Shown in pieces: positions 52,601-64,000 of a stretch of DNA of 64,000 nt. Made by a program: the position numbers and the translations under genes. The notes under the pieces were generated by a model. The model was not told the origin of the DNA and made no database searches. It worked only from the letters and a program-made list of their open reading frames with translations. This stretch comes from Azolla caroliniana (taxonomy: Eukaryota; Plantae; Polypodiophyta). Where the stretch lies: positions 1,054,001-1,118,000 of the forward strand of contig JBHGNT010000001.1 in the NCBI GenBank assembly GCA_043228905.1, given 5' to 3'. Within the stretch, counting starts at the first letter, position 1, and the number at the start of each line of letters is the position of its first letter.

Positions 52601-54458
52601 TTAGTATTCAAGACTATTTGACCAGTACTTAAATATTTGGGAGAAGAGATGCGAGACTCAATGGCAGCACCACTATTTGTTTATCTGAACATTGTATAAT
52701 TGTGAAACGTGGGGAGAGTAATTCTCCACTACATTCATGCACAAAACTTGTATAGCCTCTCTGGTAGTGCCCTGTCCCAAGTTCTACTTGTCCTTTTAAG
52801 GACATGGCCAATGCCCTTTCCTAGAGCTACATGGAAAAGACATCCTTGGATACCAGCACTATTTCAATATGAGAATTTCTTTGAGATATGCTAACTTTTC
52901 TTGTCTTTTACATGTTCACTGTTCCTTTCTTTTCTTCTCTCTTCTATTTTTCTTTTATTTGTCTTTTCTTTCCTGTGTCCATTGTTCTTTTTTTTTCTTG
53001 ACTACTTCACAGAGTTACATTACAGGCATTAAACAATTAGACAGAGAGCAAATAAAATTAAAGAAAGAAATACATTCCATGTTTTGAGGTCAAATTTGTT
53101 TAGAGCACATCTTTCCAAAACAATAAGAATTGCATGTCTTGTCCAATAAGCAACCACCCCAGCACAATACATTTATCTTTACACATTATAGTCTTCTAAA
53201 AGTAAAATCAAAACGAAACAGATGCATTATAATCACATGATTTCATTAAAAAAATTGTATCCTGACCTCTGTTCCTGCGAATATTGATGCCTTTCTTGAC
53301 AAGCCTATATCTATAGTCTGGAGAGCCTGCAGCATAGCATGTGTAATTTTGGTGAGCATTGAAAACGACTGGAAAATTAAAGTAATATATAGAAATATAC
53401 CATGGAGGTAGCCAAGCGCCCATTGGAAGAAATAAGATGTTCAATAATAGGTAGATGCAAAGGCAAATCTTTACGGCTTGGTTCCACTGCCCAAGAACTG
53501 TAAACAGAACATAATTTAGCTGTCTTCACAACATTTTACACTGGTTCAAGCAGAAGAAGAAGAAAATCCAAGTAAATGTGTCATCATATGTGTACTTACG
53601 GGAACAGATCCTTCACATGATCCCATGCAGCTTTCTCTGAATCTTCAAGGTTGACCAGAGCATAATTGAGAAAATGTGAGACACTCAGAATGCTTCTGAT
53701 AGTCTCCTCATAACTCTTCCGTGGCTTCAACAACTTAATCCTGAGAAATAAAAAACACGTCTTTTTATGAGACGAAATCCAACGGTCTTTGAACAATCAT
53801 AGGCTTGATTTCAACAGCTTAATCAGGAGTTAAATAGCACAGTATCTTGATTTCCATCACCCAATCGTGGGGTTAAAAGAAAGTATATATTCCAACGAGA
53901 CCGGATTCAGTAGCCTTTCAACCAGTCATAGCCTTGGTTTTTAACAAATTAATCCTAAGGTAAAAGAACCAGATAATAGGGCAGAAAAAGGAATGTCGAT
54001 CACATACTCATATTTGTTTCTTTTTCAACGAGACCAAATTAAATGGAATATTCAGCAACGAAATATTATCAGGAAGCATCCAGAAAAAAGAGATATTTCA
54101 TAGTTACATACCAGTATTTTTCTGTTCTCAGATGAAAGGTCGGCTTCATCTCTCCTGATAGCTCAAGCTTCCATGAGAGAGCTCTAACATACAGACACAT
54201 TCCTTTATCTGAAGTTCCTCTCAAGTATATCTCCATCCCTGGAACGACCTTCTCGTCATCCTCGAATGAATAAGGCAGCACAGAGAAAGAAACGGGCGTT
54301 TCGTCTCCCGAGACCAGCCAGTAGTTACTCACGCTCTCGTGTTTGATCTCTATGTCATCATCAGAAGACGCATATCCACGTCCAGCTCTGTCATCAGAAG
54401 TTGTAGTTCTGGTTGGATTATGTCGATCATCTTCTGCATCCAATTTGTTCCCAGACAT
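37667..54458 (-). CDS. EDM2: ENHANCED DOWNY MILDEW 2-like chromatin reader (PHD fingers plus methyltransferase-like domain), about 20 exons
   Basis: N-terminal PVSFSVLP and [18 protein letters not shown]; PHD motifs [61 protein letters not shown]; [20 protein letters not shown]; [11 protein letters not shown]; [27 protein letters not shown]; [18 protein letters not shown]; ends GGWIED*. Confidence 0.95.
42660..43012. mobile_element. hAT-type MITE in EDM2 intron
   Basis: TIRs CATGGTTGTT / AACAACCTTG; 8-bp TSD ATCATTTC / ATCATTCC (7/8); internal repeats GTATTTAACGT. Confidence 0.85.
46835..47397. mobile_element. hAT-type MITE in EDM2 intron
   Basis: TIRs TAGCAATGGGCA / TGCCCATTGTTA (11/12); 8-bp TSD TCTACATA / TCTACGTA (7/8); subterminal AACCG/CGGTT arrays. 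Confidence 0.9.
48165..48399 (-). pseudogene. Captured, internally deleted cytosolic HSP70 fragment
   Basis: [45 protein letters not shown] joined directly to [20 protein letters not shown]. Confidence 0.93.
48485..48870 (-). pseudogene. Captured fragment of a zinc finger CCCH domain protein 6 (C3H6)-like gene, N-terminal part
   Basis: [14 protein letters not shown] ... [45 protein letters not shown]...[13 protein letters not shown] resembles recalled plant C3H6-type motifs (RVSW..LCQ; AGEESKEV..Q..RE...LEA.YP; IP..P.EDE); frameshifted. Confidence 0.7.
50306..50810 (+). mobile_element. Solo LTR related to the TRIM-like element's LTR
   Basis: TGTTA...TAACA termini; perfect TSD ATTTT (50301-50305, 50811-50815); shares GGGTGGGGGGTGGTGCC, CAAGGGGGTT, a GA tract, TTTCATTCAT and CTCGTACG..TAACA with 49108-49425. 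Confidence 0.88.
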
Positions 54459-57400
54459 GGAGATGGTAGAGAGATAGGACGAGAGAGAGAGAGAGAGAGA
54501 GAGAGACGGTTTTTGCAGAGACTAGGTTCGACGGAAACGTTCGATCAGAAAAAGAGAGAAAGGAAACGCGTTTCGACAGACAGAAAAGATCCTCACTGAG
54601 ATTAGAAATAAATTTTTTACTGTATTTTGTTTGTGTTCTTATTTTTTAGTGGAGGTGAAAAATAAAAAATTTAAATCGAAAGAAGAGGCCGTGAGATTAT
54701 GTATTTACCAGATGGTTGCTTGCTTGGTTGCTTGGTTGCTCGATGCTCTGAGTAACTTCTTGTGATGTCGAGCCTAAAGAGATATGAGGTTGTGGCCGGC
54801 CACCATGCTCAAAGGAGCAAGGAACGGAAAAAGAAATATTTAGCCGAAAGACTCAAGGAGTAGAGCACAATTAATCATATGGACAGACATAGCCAGTTGA
54901 GAAGACTTCCATTACGTGAGTCTCGTGTATTTAAACTTAGACTTGGATGGCTTGAACCAAGCCACCCTAATAGGCCCTTTCCTTTTAGTGTGATTTATTT
55001 ACATCCCTTGGGCTTCCCCTGCAACACTTCATGCCCTGGAAAATGTCATCGATAAAATAGAGCATTATATTTCTTGAGGGCGAGTTATAGAGTACATTAA
55101 TTGCTTGAACTTGCCAAATGTGAGTAATGCAACACTAAAGGGACAAGCTCTAGATGACCAACTATGCAATAGATGAAGCATGGAAGTTAGTGCATGCACG
55201 CATGAAGAGAAGTTGATCAAGAACAACCTTCATGTCAATAAAGGGTTCATATGTAAAGGGAAGCAATCGATGGTTAACAACGAGTCTTCTAGCCATCAAA
55301 ACTTTATTAGAGGATTCAAAGTCATCGAAGCCATAAGAGAAGTGTCAAAGGAATCGATAAAAGAAACGACAATGACATGTTGTAATGTAGAATAACAATA
55401 TGTATCATGCTATTGTGATAATGGCAAGGTTTTTTGTTAAGAGCATGGACTATGTATGGGTTATCATGCATCGAGGACAATAGAACCTATTTGAGATGGT
55501 CCATCTTGTGTCTAATAAGAGAGACAAATTGTGTTCGTGGGAGGCATCTTCTATGGATGCTACATACCAATGCATGGATTGAGCGAGAGAAAGAGAGTGG
55601 ATGAAAAGGTGTTGATCGAGTCAAAAGCGTCAAGAGATGGGATATATGTTATGCATGTATGTATATATGTATGTAGAAATAACCCAAATAATGGAATCTA
55701 ACTATAGTTTAGTTATGATTAGGTTAGTTAGGAAAGAAGTGCTCAAGGAATCTAATTTGGGCAACACATATAATGTTGAGGAATATATAGTGTTTGTACT
55801 TACGGATATGGGATTTAATGGTGAAGTTGCATTCAATGCACCACTTTGCATTGATAGTACCTGTATAAGTGACACATAAGGATAGTATGTATTGTTTCAT
55901 TATATCCCAAACTATTCACATCTATTTTGATCCCTCCAACTCTTGAGTATTATGCGCTCATTGTGATATCTACTAAGTCAACAATTAAGTGCCAAGTTAT
56001 CAATCGTTGTCCTTGTTTGGTGTTAACTAATTAATTAAGTTTTTTTGTTTTACTACTACTGCATTAAACCCTAACAATACTAGTTTGGGTCTTATATGTC
56101 AAGTTGAGGGTGGGTAACCATGAAACCGAAGGCCTCAAGTTGCAATAACACTCAAGTGACAACTTGATATTGTCGGCTCTCCTAGGTGAGGAATTACACC
56201 ATGTTCTCATTGGAGGGTGAACATGTTATAATAAAATAAAACAAAGGGACTTTCATCAAGAATAGAAAACAAATACCATTGAGCTAGTTTTGAAATTGGT
56301 GCATGAGGCTCCCAAGCTTTCATATATATTTCAATGACACTAAGAAATGGATAATCAAAACTAGCTTAAATTGTTATTGATCAAAAGAAAGCTTAATCAA
56401 GACATTTTGACTTTAAAACTACCCAACTAAAAGAAAACACCATGGTTTTTTATTACTCAAAACTAAATGTTTACCAAAAGAATCACACCATTCGTTAAAG
56501 GTAGACCACAACGAAACAAGAAATAAGAACGATGACAAGTTCAAGGTGTCCACAAGGGCATTGTCGTGACACCATAGCAATGTTTGAGAACTTCAGTGGT
56601 GTTAACGCCTAATAATGGTCGTGAACAACCCATGGATAATGGAGGCAAGTGATACTTTGAAAACAACATAAGAAATTTATTCATTCTCTAATACCAATGC
56701 CAATATTTAAGAACATGACATTTATAACATGTTTTTTTGCACATAGTTGCTTTATTGGCATTTGGCTATCATGATGTGTTGACACATTGGGTGTTTGTAG
56801 CCATGACGCGACGAACCTTGGAGTAGACAAGCATACCTAACCATCTCTACCAAAGTGATAGGCCACAAAAACTGTATAGTAAGGTGACCAATAACTCATT
56901 GTACCCATCTTCAAATTAGAAACATTCAACGGTGATGTTAGGACTATCTTCGAGAATAGGTTACGCAATTTTGAGTCTATGTTGTTTAGGGGAAACAAAA
57001 GCATTTGCATGCATGGTTATTTGTAACATGAAATTTTTAGCAAATAAATATACATGCTAGGTACTATTTTCTATTTCCCCATGCATTTGAGGTGAATCAT
57101 AAAAGTTGGTTATAATAGAAGAATGCGAATGTATAAATAAAGAAGGATCTTAACATCAAATAAATTTCACATAAAATTTGCTCATGATAATCTTGTGATA
57201 TTTCTCTCATACTCAATGTGAGGCAAGAGGTTTCTATAAACAATTGTTGTTCAAGTGCATGTATGATACGTGGCATGAACTTGTAGAGTTATATCTTTAA
57301 TATCTATATCTAAATATCTGAACATTGTAGTCAATGGTTCTACAAAGTGGTATTCGCCTTTTAAGTGTAGACAAACTCTCTTTTAATATCTTATTTATCG

Positions 57401-58170
57401 AACATGTGCTTGTATGTTTTACTCAACATATAGACTAGTATGGTTACATTTCGTTCACCCAAAAATTGCTCTTAGTTTTGGGGCATGAAATTTTCAATAA
57501 TTTATTTGTGGCCACGGAATAAGTAAGTGACAAGAAGAATCTGCTATAAGCAATTTACTAGTTGTAATACCAAAATAAGATGGTTCATGTAATTAAAGCC
57601 AAACTACAGGATAGTGACCCGCCAAAACATGTATGAAAGTCACTCAAAGGGCGCACAATGAGCAACAAAGTGTGCAAATTTGATAATGTTAAGTTTGATT
57701 GTCTTCCACATGTTTCATACAATTTCATGCTCTTCTCTCTCTCTCTCTCTCCACATAACACATATAATTACAGATGGTTTGTTATGATATGTGTATGCTT
57801 GTCGTAGGAGTCCATCGAACACCCGCACAAACGAGAAGACACATTAGGCCCATGGTGGATACACAACAACACATAGGTGAGCCTCATGCCCTCCTCCCTC
57901 ATATTGTGAGATTAAGTATGTACTACTTACAACAACTGCCACTACTACTTCCATGTAATTTGAGGATGTAAAGAGACCAACACACACACCCCATATATCT
58001 AGCATAATATACACATATTATTGGGTGAAAATACACAATTATATACATACATTATTACATATATATATATATATATATATATAAATATATGTATGTATGA
58101 ACATTTATCTCTCATCCTTTCTCCTTTACTCTCTCTCCCTGTAGTTCCCCAGTGTGCCCTGTCTGAAGCT

Positions 58171-60966
58171 ATGGCAGGAACCCTAGCAGCAGCAGCAACA
58201 GCAGTCATCGTCTCTTCTCCCAAACAAACAAGAAACCACGGAAACTTCAACAGATCTTCCTCCTCCTCCTCTTCTTCATCGATCATACTCTCTCGATCCC
58301 GCCTTCCTCAAGTAAGTTCTTCTTTCTCGGGCTTCCGTCGCATCTCTGTTCTCGATACAAGTGCTCTAAGGAACACAAGAAGCTTCCATGAGGTCGTTCA
58401 GAAGGCCATATCTTCTACGTCTTCCGCAAAGAGCGGTACCAGAGGCGTAGCTGTGGCTATGTTTGAAAGGTTCACTGAAAAGGCAATTAAAGTCATCATG
58501 CTCGCCCAAGAAGAAGCGCGGAGATTAGGTCATAATTTTGTTGGAACTGAGCAGATCCTTTTAGGGCTTATAGGAGAAGGGACTGGGATCGCAGCAAAAG
58601 TTCTCAAATCCATGGGTGTAAACCTAAAAGAAGCACGAGTAGAGGTAGAGAAGATAATAGGAAGAGGAAGTGGATTCGTCGCGGTGGAAATTCCGTTCAC
58701 ACCGAGGGCGAAACGAGTCCTGGAGCTCTCATTGGAAGAGGCTCGTCAACTCGGACATAACTACATCGGGTCCGAACACTTGTTGCTAGGTTTGCTTAGA
58801 GAAGGAGAAGGTGTGGCAGCAAGGGTGTTAGAAAACCTAGGGGCAGACCCAGGCAATGTTCGAACACAAGTTATAAGGATGGTTGGAGAGAGTACCGAGG
58901 CTGTAGGAGCAGGTGTTGGAGGAGGTAGTAGTAATGCAAAAATGCCTACTTTAGAGGAATTTGGGACTAACTTGACCAAATTGGCTGAAGACGGGAAGCT
59001 GGATCCTGTCGTTGGTCGGCAACCTCAGATCGAGAGAGTTACTCAAATCTTAGGGAGAAGAACTAAGAACAATCCTTGCCTTATTGGTGAACCCGGTGTG
59101 GGGAAAACAGCTATTGCTGAAGGTCTTGCGCAACGTATCGCTGGTGGTGATGTCCCTGAAACTATTGAAGGAAAGAAGGTTATTACCCTTGATATGGGGC
59201 TTCTTGTAGCTGGGACTAAATATAGAGGAGAGTTTGAAGAGAGACTTAAGAAGCTTATGGAAGAAGTTAAGCAAGCCGACGATATTATTCTTTTTATCGA
59301 TGAGGTTCATACTTTGATAGGGGCAGGAGCAGCTGAAGGAGCCATTGATGCTGCCAATATATTAAAACCTGCATTAGCTAGAGGTGAACTCCAGTGTATC
59401 GGAGCAACTACTCTTGATGAATATAGGAAACATATTGAAAAGGATCCCGCCTTAGAGAGAAGGTTCCAACCTGTTCAGGTTCCTGAACCCACAGTAGATG
59501 AGACGATACAAATCTTGCAAGGTCTCAGAGAAAGATATGAGATTCATCACAAATTGAGGTACACTGATGAAGCTCTGGTTGCTGCAGCTCAGCTTTCCTA
59601 TCAGTATATAAGTGATCGTTTTCTTCCTGATAAGGCTATCGATTTGATTGATGAGGCTGGCTCCCGTGTTCGTTTGCGCCATGCTCAGCTCCCCGAAGAG
59701 GCAAAAGAACTTGATAAAGAATTGCGACAGATTACTAAGGAAAAGAATGAATCTGTAAGAGGTCAAGACTTTGAGAAGGCAGGGGAGCTCCGTGACCGTG
59801 AAATGGAGCTGAAAGCACAAATCTCTGCGTTGCTAGAGAAAGGGAAAGAGAAAGCAAAAGCTGAAAGCGAATCAGGTGATACTGGACCCTTGGTAACCGA
59901 AGCAGATATTCAACAAATTGTATCTGCGTGGACTGGAATTCCAGTTGAGAAAGTCTCCATAGATGAGTCTAGCAGGTTGTTGAAGATGGAAGAGACATTG
60001 CACAATAGGGTGATTGGTCAAGATGAAGCAGTGAAAGCTATTAGCAGGGCTATTAGAAGAGCAAGAGTCGGGCTGAAGAATCCCAACCGACCAATTGCAA
60101 GCTTTATCTTCTCAGGGCCTACTGGTGTCGGGAAATCTGAACTAGCAAAAGCATTGGCTGCATATTATTTTGGGTCAGAGGAGGCAATGGTGAGGCTTGA
60201 TATGAGTGAATTCATGGAGAGACACACTGTCTCTAAGCTGATTGGGTCTCCACCTGGTTATGTTGGCTATAGTGAAGGAGGCCAGTTGACTGAAGCTGTG
60301 CGAAGGCGTCCATATACAGTTGTACTTTTTGACGAGATCGAGAAAGCACATCCTGATGTTTTCAACATGATGCTTCAGATTCTGGAGGATGGAAGGCTTA
60401 CGGATAGCAAGGGCAGGACTGTTGATTTTAAAAACACTCTCTTAATTATGACATCTAATGTTGGGAGTAGTGTCATTGAAAAGGGTGGTGGTGGTATTGG
60501 ATTCCAACTTGACTATGGTGAAAAAGATAGTAGCTATAATAGGATTAAGAGCCTTGTGAATGAAGAGCTGAAGCAGTATTTTAGGCCCGAGTTTTTGAAC
60601 AGATTAGATGAGATCATTGTGTTTAGGCAGCTAACTAAGCTGGAAGTGAAGGAGATAGCTGACATAATGCTGAAAGAGGTGTTTGAAAGGCTGAAGAAGA
60701 AATCCATTGATTTACAAGTTACGGAGAGGTTCAGAGACCGAATTGTGGATGAAGGATATAGTCCTAGCTATGGTGCTAGGCCCTTAAGAAGGGCTATTAT
60801 GAGACTATTGGAAGATAGCATGGCTGAAAGAATGCTCGGAGGAGAGATAAAAGAGGGGGATTCAGCAATCATTGATGTCGACACCGAAGGAAATGTAACT
60901 GTATTGAATGGAACCACAGGTACATCATCGAGTGCAGCCATTGAAGCTCCTGCTGGTATTGCTTGA
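58171..60966 (+). CDS. clpC: Chloroplast ATP-dependent Clp protease chaperone ClpC, 931 aa, intronless CDS
   Basis: Ser-rich transit peptide; [32 protein letters not shown]; Walker A GEPGVGKT and GPTGVGKS; UVR motif [11 protein letters not shown]; IGF loop. True start is the ATG at 58171, not 58021. Confidence 0.97.
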   Translation: MAGTLAAAATAVIVSSPKQTRNHGNFNRSSSSSSSSSIILSRSRLPQVSSSFSGFRRISVLDTSALRNTRSFHEVVQKAISSTSSAKSGTRGVAVAMFERFTEKAIKVIMLAQEEARRLGHNFVGTEQILLGLIGEGTGIAAKVLKSMGVNLKEARVEVEKIIGRGSGFVAVEIPFTPRAKRVLELSLEEARQLGHNYIGSEHLLLGLLREGEGVAARVLENLGADPGNVRTQVIRMVGESTEAVGAGVGGGSSNAKMPTLEEFGTNLTKLAEDGKLDPVVGRQPQIERVTQILGRRTKNNPCLIGEPGVGKTAIAEGLAQRIAGGDVPETIEGKKVITLDMGLLVAGTKYRGEFEERLKKLMEEVKQADDIILFIDEVHTLIGAGAAEGAIDAANILKPALARGELQCIGATTLDEYRKHIEKDPALERRFQPVQVPEPTVDETIQILQGLRERYEIHHKLRYTDEALVAAAQLSYQYISDRFLPDKAIDLIDEAGSRVRLRHAQLPEEAKELDKELRQITKEKNESVRGQDFEKAGELRDREMELKAQISALLEKGKEKAKAESESGDTGPLVTEADIQQIVSAWTGIPVEKVSIDESSRLLKMEETLHNRVIGQDEAVKAISRAIRRARVGLKNPNRPIASFIFSGPTGVGKSELAKALAAYYFGSEEAMVRLDMSEFMERHTVSKLIGSPPGYVGYSEGGQLTEAVRRRPYTVVLFDEIEKAHPDVFNMMLQILEDGRLTDSKGRTVDFKNTLLIMTSNVGSSVIEKGGGGIGFQLDYGEKDSSYNRIKSLVNEELKQYFRPEFLNRLDEIIVFRQLTKLEVKEIADIMLKEVFERLKKKSIDLQVTERFRDRIVDEGYSPSYGARPLRRAIMRLLEDSMAERMLGGEIKEGDSAIIDVDTEGNVTVLNGTTGTSSSAAIEAPAGIA

Positions 60967-62482
60967 AAATACCAACGTGAAAGTGTGATTCTATATGTAT
61001 TCAAGCATTTGCACCGCGAGTTAAAAGTCTAAATAATATCATTATATGCATAATGCCCTTATGATGTATTTATCACAAAATGTTTTGAAACTCTTTAACA
61101 TTATTATATCCCTAGAACAATTGTGATTTGACAGATATTTCTTTTCTTTTCCTTTTTTCAACAAACTTGTAATGAGATATTCTGATCTGAATATTGCCAT
61201 AAAATAGATATTGTTTTTACTCATGAAAAGATCGAAGCTCTGTTTTTTTATTTTGCTTTGACACTTGTAATTGTAACAGTGTGGTCTGTATTTATATTGT
61301 ATTCATGGATTTGCATTGGGAGTTCGTTTATGTTTTGCATTTTATGGATATTTGCTGTTGGATTAAAGGCTAAGAAAAGGTTTCCTTCCACTCGTGGAGG
61401 TTTTTTACATGATTCCAACATATTTATCCTGTTTCTTTCATTTTTTGATGGAAGGACAACATTGTGATATGGTTTGATACCAGGAATAATAGGGTCAATA
61501 GATTTCCGTGAACTTGGAAAAGATTCTCGATATTACTTAACCCTTGTGCTTCTTTAGAGTGAGGGCAATGTTGATTAACTTCATTCAATGTGGCATGCAA
61601 ACCTTCATATACTATAAGTGTTTGAAAGATGCAGATTAAGCGCATCTAGATCTAGTCTTAGTTTTTAAGTGTTTGGAAGGTTGTTTGAACTTTGTGGCAT
61701 ACAAGAAGCCTTGGAACACCCTTTCATCTATCGAGTTGCAAGCCTACAAAAGATGTCTCTATATTGATGCCTTCAACTTCTTACATACCTTCATTAGGAC
61801 GGTGTAAATTTTTGAAATTGTCATTTACATCCCCTCCATGTTTGGAACTTTGGTTCATGTCTATCTTTTCAAGCCATACCTTTCTGGGGATGATTCACAT
61901 GTGCATGGAGGCTCACTTTTACAACCCAATGCCCTCTGATAATGTTGAAGGTTTCTCTCAAGGCTGATTTCATATAAATTCATTCAGTTTATAAAAGTGG
62001 TTTCATAAAGTCATGTGCTAAGGTTTATTGGCGCATGAAAGTCTATTAAGTTAAACATGATGTCCAACCAATCACCATAATCACCACTTGAAAAGATTAT
62101 AACAAAGACTGGAGACTTCTTTGCAGCATTTGGCTGATACACATATATACCTTTACATATATAGGTCTCGGAAAATAATCATTCTACCATTTAAAAAACC
62201 TGAGGAGAAAAAGCAAAAATATTCAACGATCAAGACTACTTTCGACAACAATTTGATAGATTTTAACATTTGGCTGATATAAATACACATTTGTATATAG
62301 AGATCTCTGAATTCAAGGCTTTTCATCCGCCATAATTTTGATAGATTTATATCTGTATATAAGCCCTCTTCAATGAGTATTATCACTAATACTAAAATCT
62401 CTAGACCTCTTAACTCAATACTCTACTAAAGCAAAACCTCTATACTTGAGATTGACCGCCTTTCAATGAATTTGGTCATTCA

Positions 62483-63340
62483 TCAAACAGCATATACTTT
62501 TACTACTCTCTCAATGGAGCCTCTACACACAGGGCAACCCCATAGTTTGGATTGGATTTCAGTGAGACAGATCATGCATCCTGCCAAATGCCCACAAGGT
62601 ATACATACCCCTTCTGCACTAGCATCCAAACATACTACACACAATCCACCCTTCATCATATCCATCTGATCTCCTCCATCTTTGATTAGGGGGGGAGCTG
62701 ATGGAGATGCTAATAATTCGTTAGAAGCACTACTCTTCATTACTTCTTGGTCATTCATGCCCCAACCATTGCTCATAGCACTCTTGACGGCTTCTTGCTC
62801 GCTCAGGATCCAATCATCACCACTACTCTTCATTGCTTGATCGTTAGACATCAACACGATACTACTACTCTTCATTGCTTGATCACTAGAAATCCACTCG
62901 ATACTATTACTCTCCATTGTTTGATGACCAGAAACACAATCAATACTTGATGATATTGCTCTCTCGGCCTCTACTCCTGACCATGATACATTGTAGCATC
63001 CCTGTAGTTGCTCGTTAAAATCATGGAAACCCAAACTCATGTACAAAGGTCCACCTGGAATGTCATCACCATATTCCCACGCTTTATATTGATCCACGTT
63101 ACTTGAATATATGGTTGGTGATATAGAGATACCCTCCTCCCTTGCAGTCCTAATGGATTCATCCAGCGCGAGTGCCAACGCTACCCCTTCAGATATTGAT
63201 TCCTGGTCCATTGATGCCTTTGACTTGCCTTGAAGAACTGAATCATTCAGGACACTTACGGGATGGATTTGTGACAAATTGTTCCCTTGTTGATATATTC
63301 CTCCTATAGCTACCGGATGAGGATTTGCATTATACTTCAC
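62483..63340 (-). CDS. Last exon of an XBAT34/35-like C3HC4 RING E3 ubiquitin ligase (5' part outside the window)
   Basis: ALALALDESIRTA, PSAPP, CVVCLDASAEGVCIPCGHLAGCMICLTEIQSKLWGCPVCRGSIERVVKVYAV*; acceptor TTCAG at ~63341. Confidence 0.85.
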   Translation of the reverse strand: MKYNANPHPVAIGGIYQQGNNLSQIHPVSVLNDSVLQGKSKASMDQESISEGVALALALDESIRTAREEGISISPTIYSSNVDQYKAWEYGDDIPGGPLYMSLGFHDFNEQLQGCYNVSWSGVEAERAISSSIDCVSGHQTMESNSIEWISSDQAMKSSSIVLMSNDQAMKSSGDDWILSEQEAVKSAMSNGWGMNDQEVMKSSASNELLASPSAPPLIKDGGDQMDMMKGGLCVVCLDASAEGVCIPCGHLAGCMICLTEIQSKLWGCPVCRGSIERVVKVYAV

Positions 63341-64000
63341 CTGAATGCCAAATTTTGTATATTGAAGCTTAAAAACTGCAGGTAAAAACATTTAAGTAGC
63401 AGCAACAATCATGGAAGATACTGATATAAGATACATTCTTCACTCACTAAACAAATTCCTTGACACGTTTCATATAGTCTCCTTAATTGGTGACTATCAC
63501 CCTTAGTCCCGGATAGAAGCTTATGCTTGGTTTCTGTCATAAACAATACATGACGCATACAAAGCAAGTATGTTAAGTAATTAGCATTTACAAACTAAAG
63601 CTAATTATCTACTAGAGTAGTTGAGAGAAATGACTAACTTTGAACTTTGTCGGTTATGAACAGGGCAGGATCAGGAAGGGTGAAATTGGGCTCCACAATG
63701 ATCGCATTTGTTAATTGTATCACTATTCGAGGCTGGGCAACCTAGTGTCATCATCGAGAGATTACAACTCTATATTTAAACGCAATCGTCTGAATACTTC
63801 ACAGGTTAAACCTCTACATTGCCATAAAAGAAACTCCATATAACAACAAACTTTCTTAAAATAACTGATAAATAGATACCAACATTGCATAACCCAGACG
63901 GATGAGCTGATGATGCTGGGACACCGTTCCACAAATTGACCTGTGAAGCAACTGATCACTTAATTTCATCTTATGAACTCATTATTGGCAGATAGCGGTA

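Noticed and set aside
54700-57700. Possible TE remnants or short ORFs between EDM2 and ClpC (also 23500-27900)
   Set aside because: No recognisable domain, termini or TSD by eye; would need a repeat library search
58021-58170. 50-aa N-terminal extension of the ClpC ORF
   Set aside because: Starts at TTG and runs through a (TA)n microsatellite and pyrimidine tract; the ATG at 58171 begins a typical transit peptide

Overview
Eukaryotic (land-plant) nuclear DNA, AT-rich with spliceosomal introns; gene and TE content suggests a non-flowering plant such as a fern (inference only). Six host genes: multi-exon NUP160 (+, 5999-23043); a START-fold, animal-type phosphatidylinositol transfer protein gene (+, 28445-33515) with a U12-type first intron and an 8-nt microexon; a small secreted degenerate extensin-like gene (-); multi-exon EDM2 (-, 54458-37667); an intronless chloroplast ClpC (+); and the last exon of an XBAT34/35-like RING E3 ligase (-). 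Mobile DNA: an internally deleted Ty1/copia element between LINE remnants, further copia remnants, two hAT-type MITEs with 8-bp TSDs and a solo LTR. The most notable element is a complete 1.5-kb non-autonomous LTR element (47893-49425, TSD TAAAC) in an EDM2 intron. It carries captured fragments of two unrelated host genes (C3H6-like zinc finger and HSP70). It also has a tRNA-Arg PBS after the 5' LTR, mirrored by an inverted 10-nt copy where the polypurine tract should be. All assignments are by eye, without database searches.
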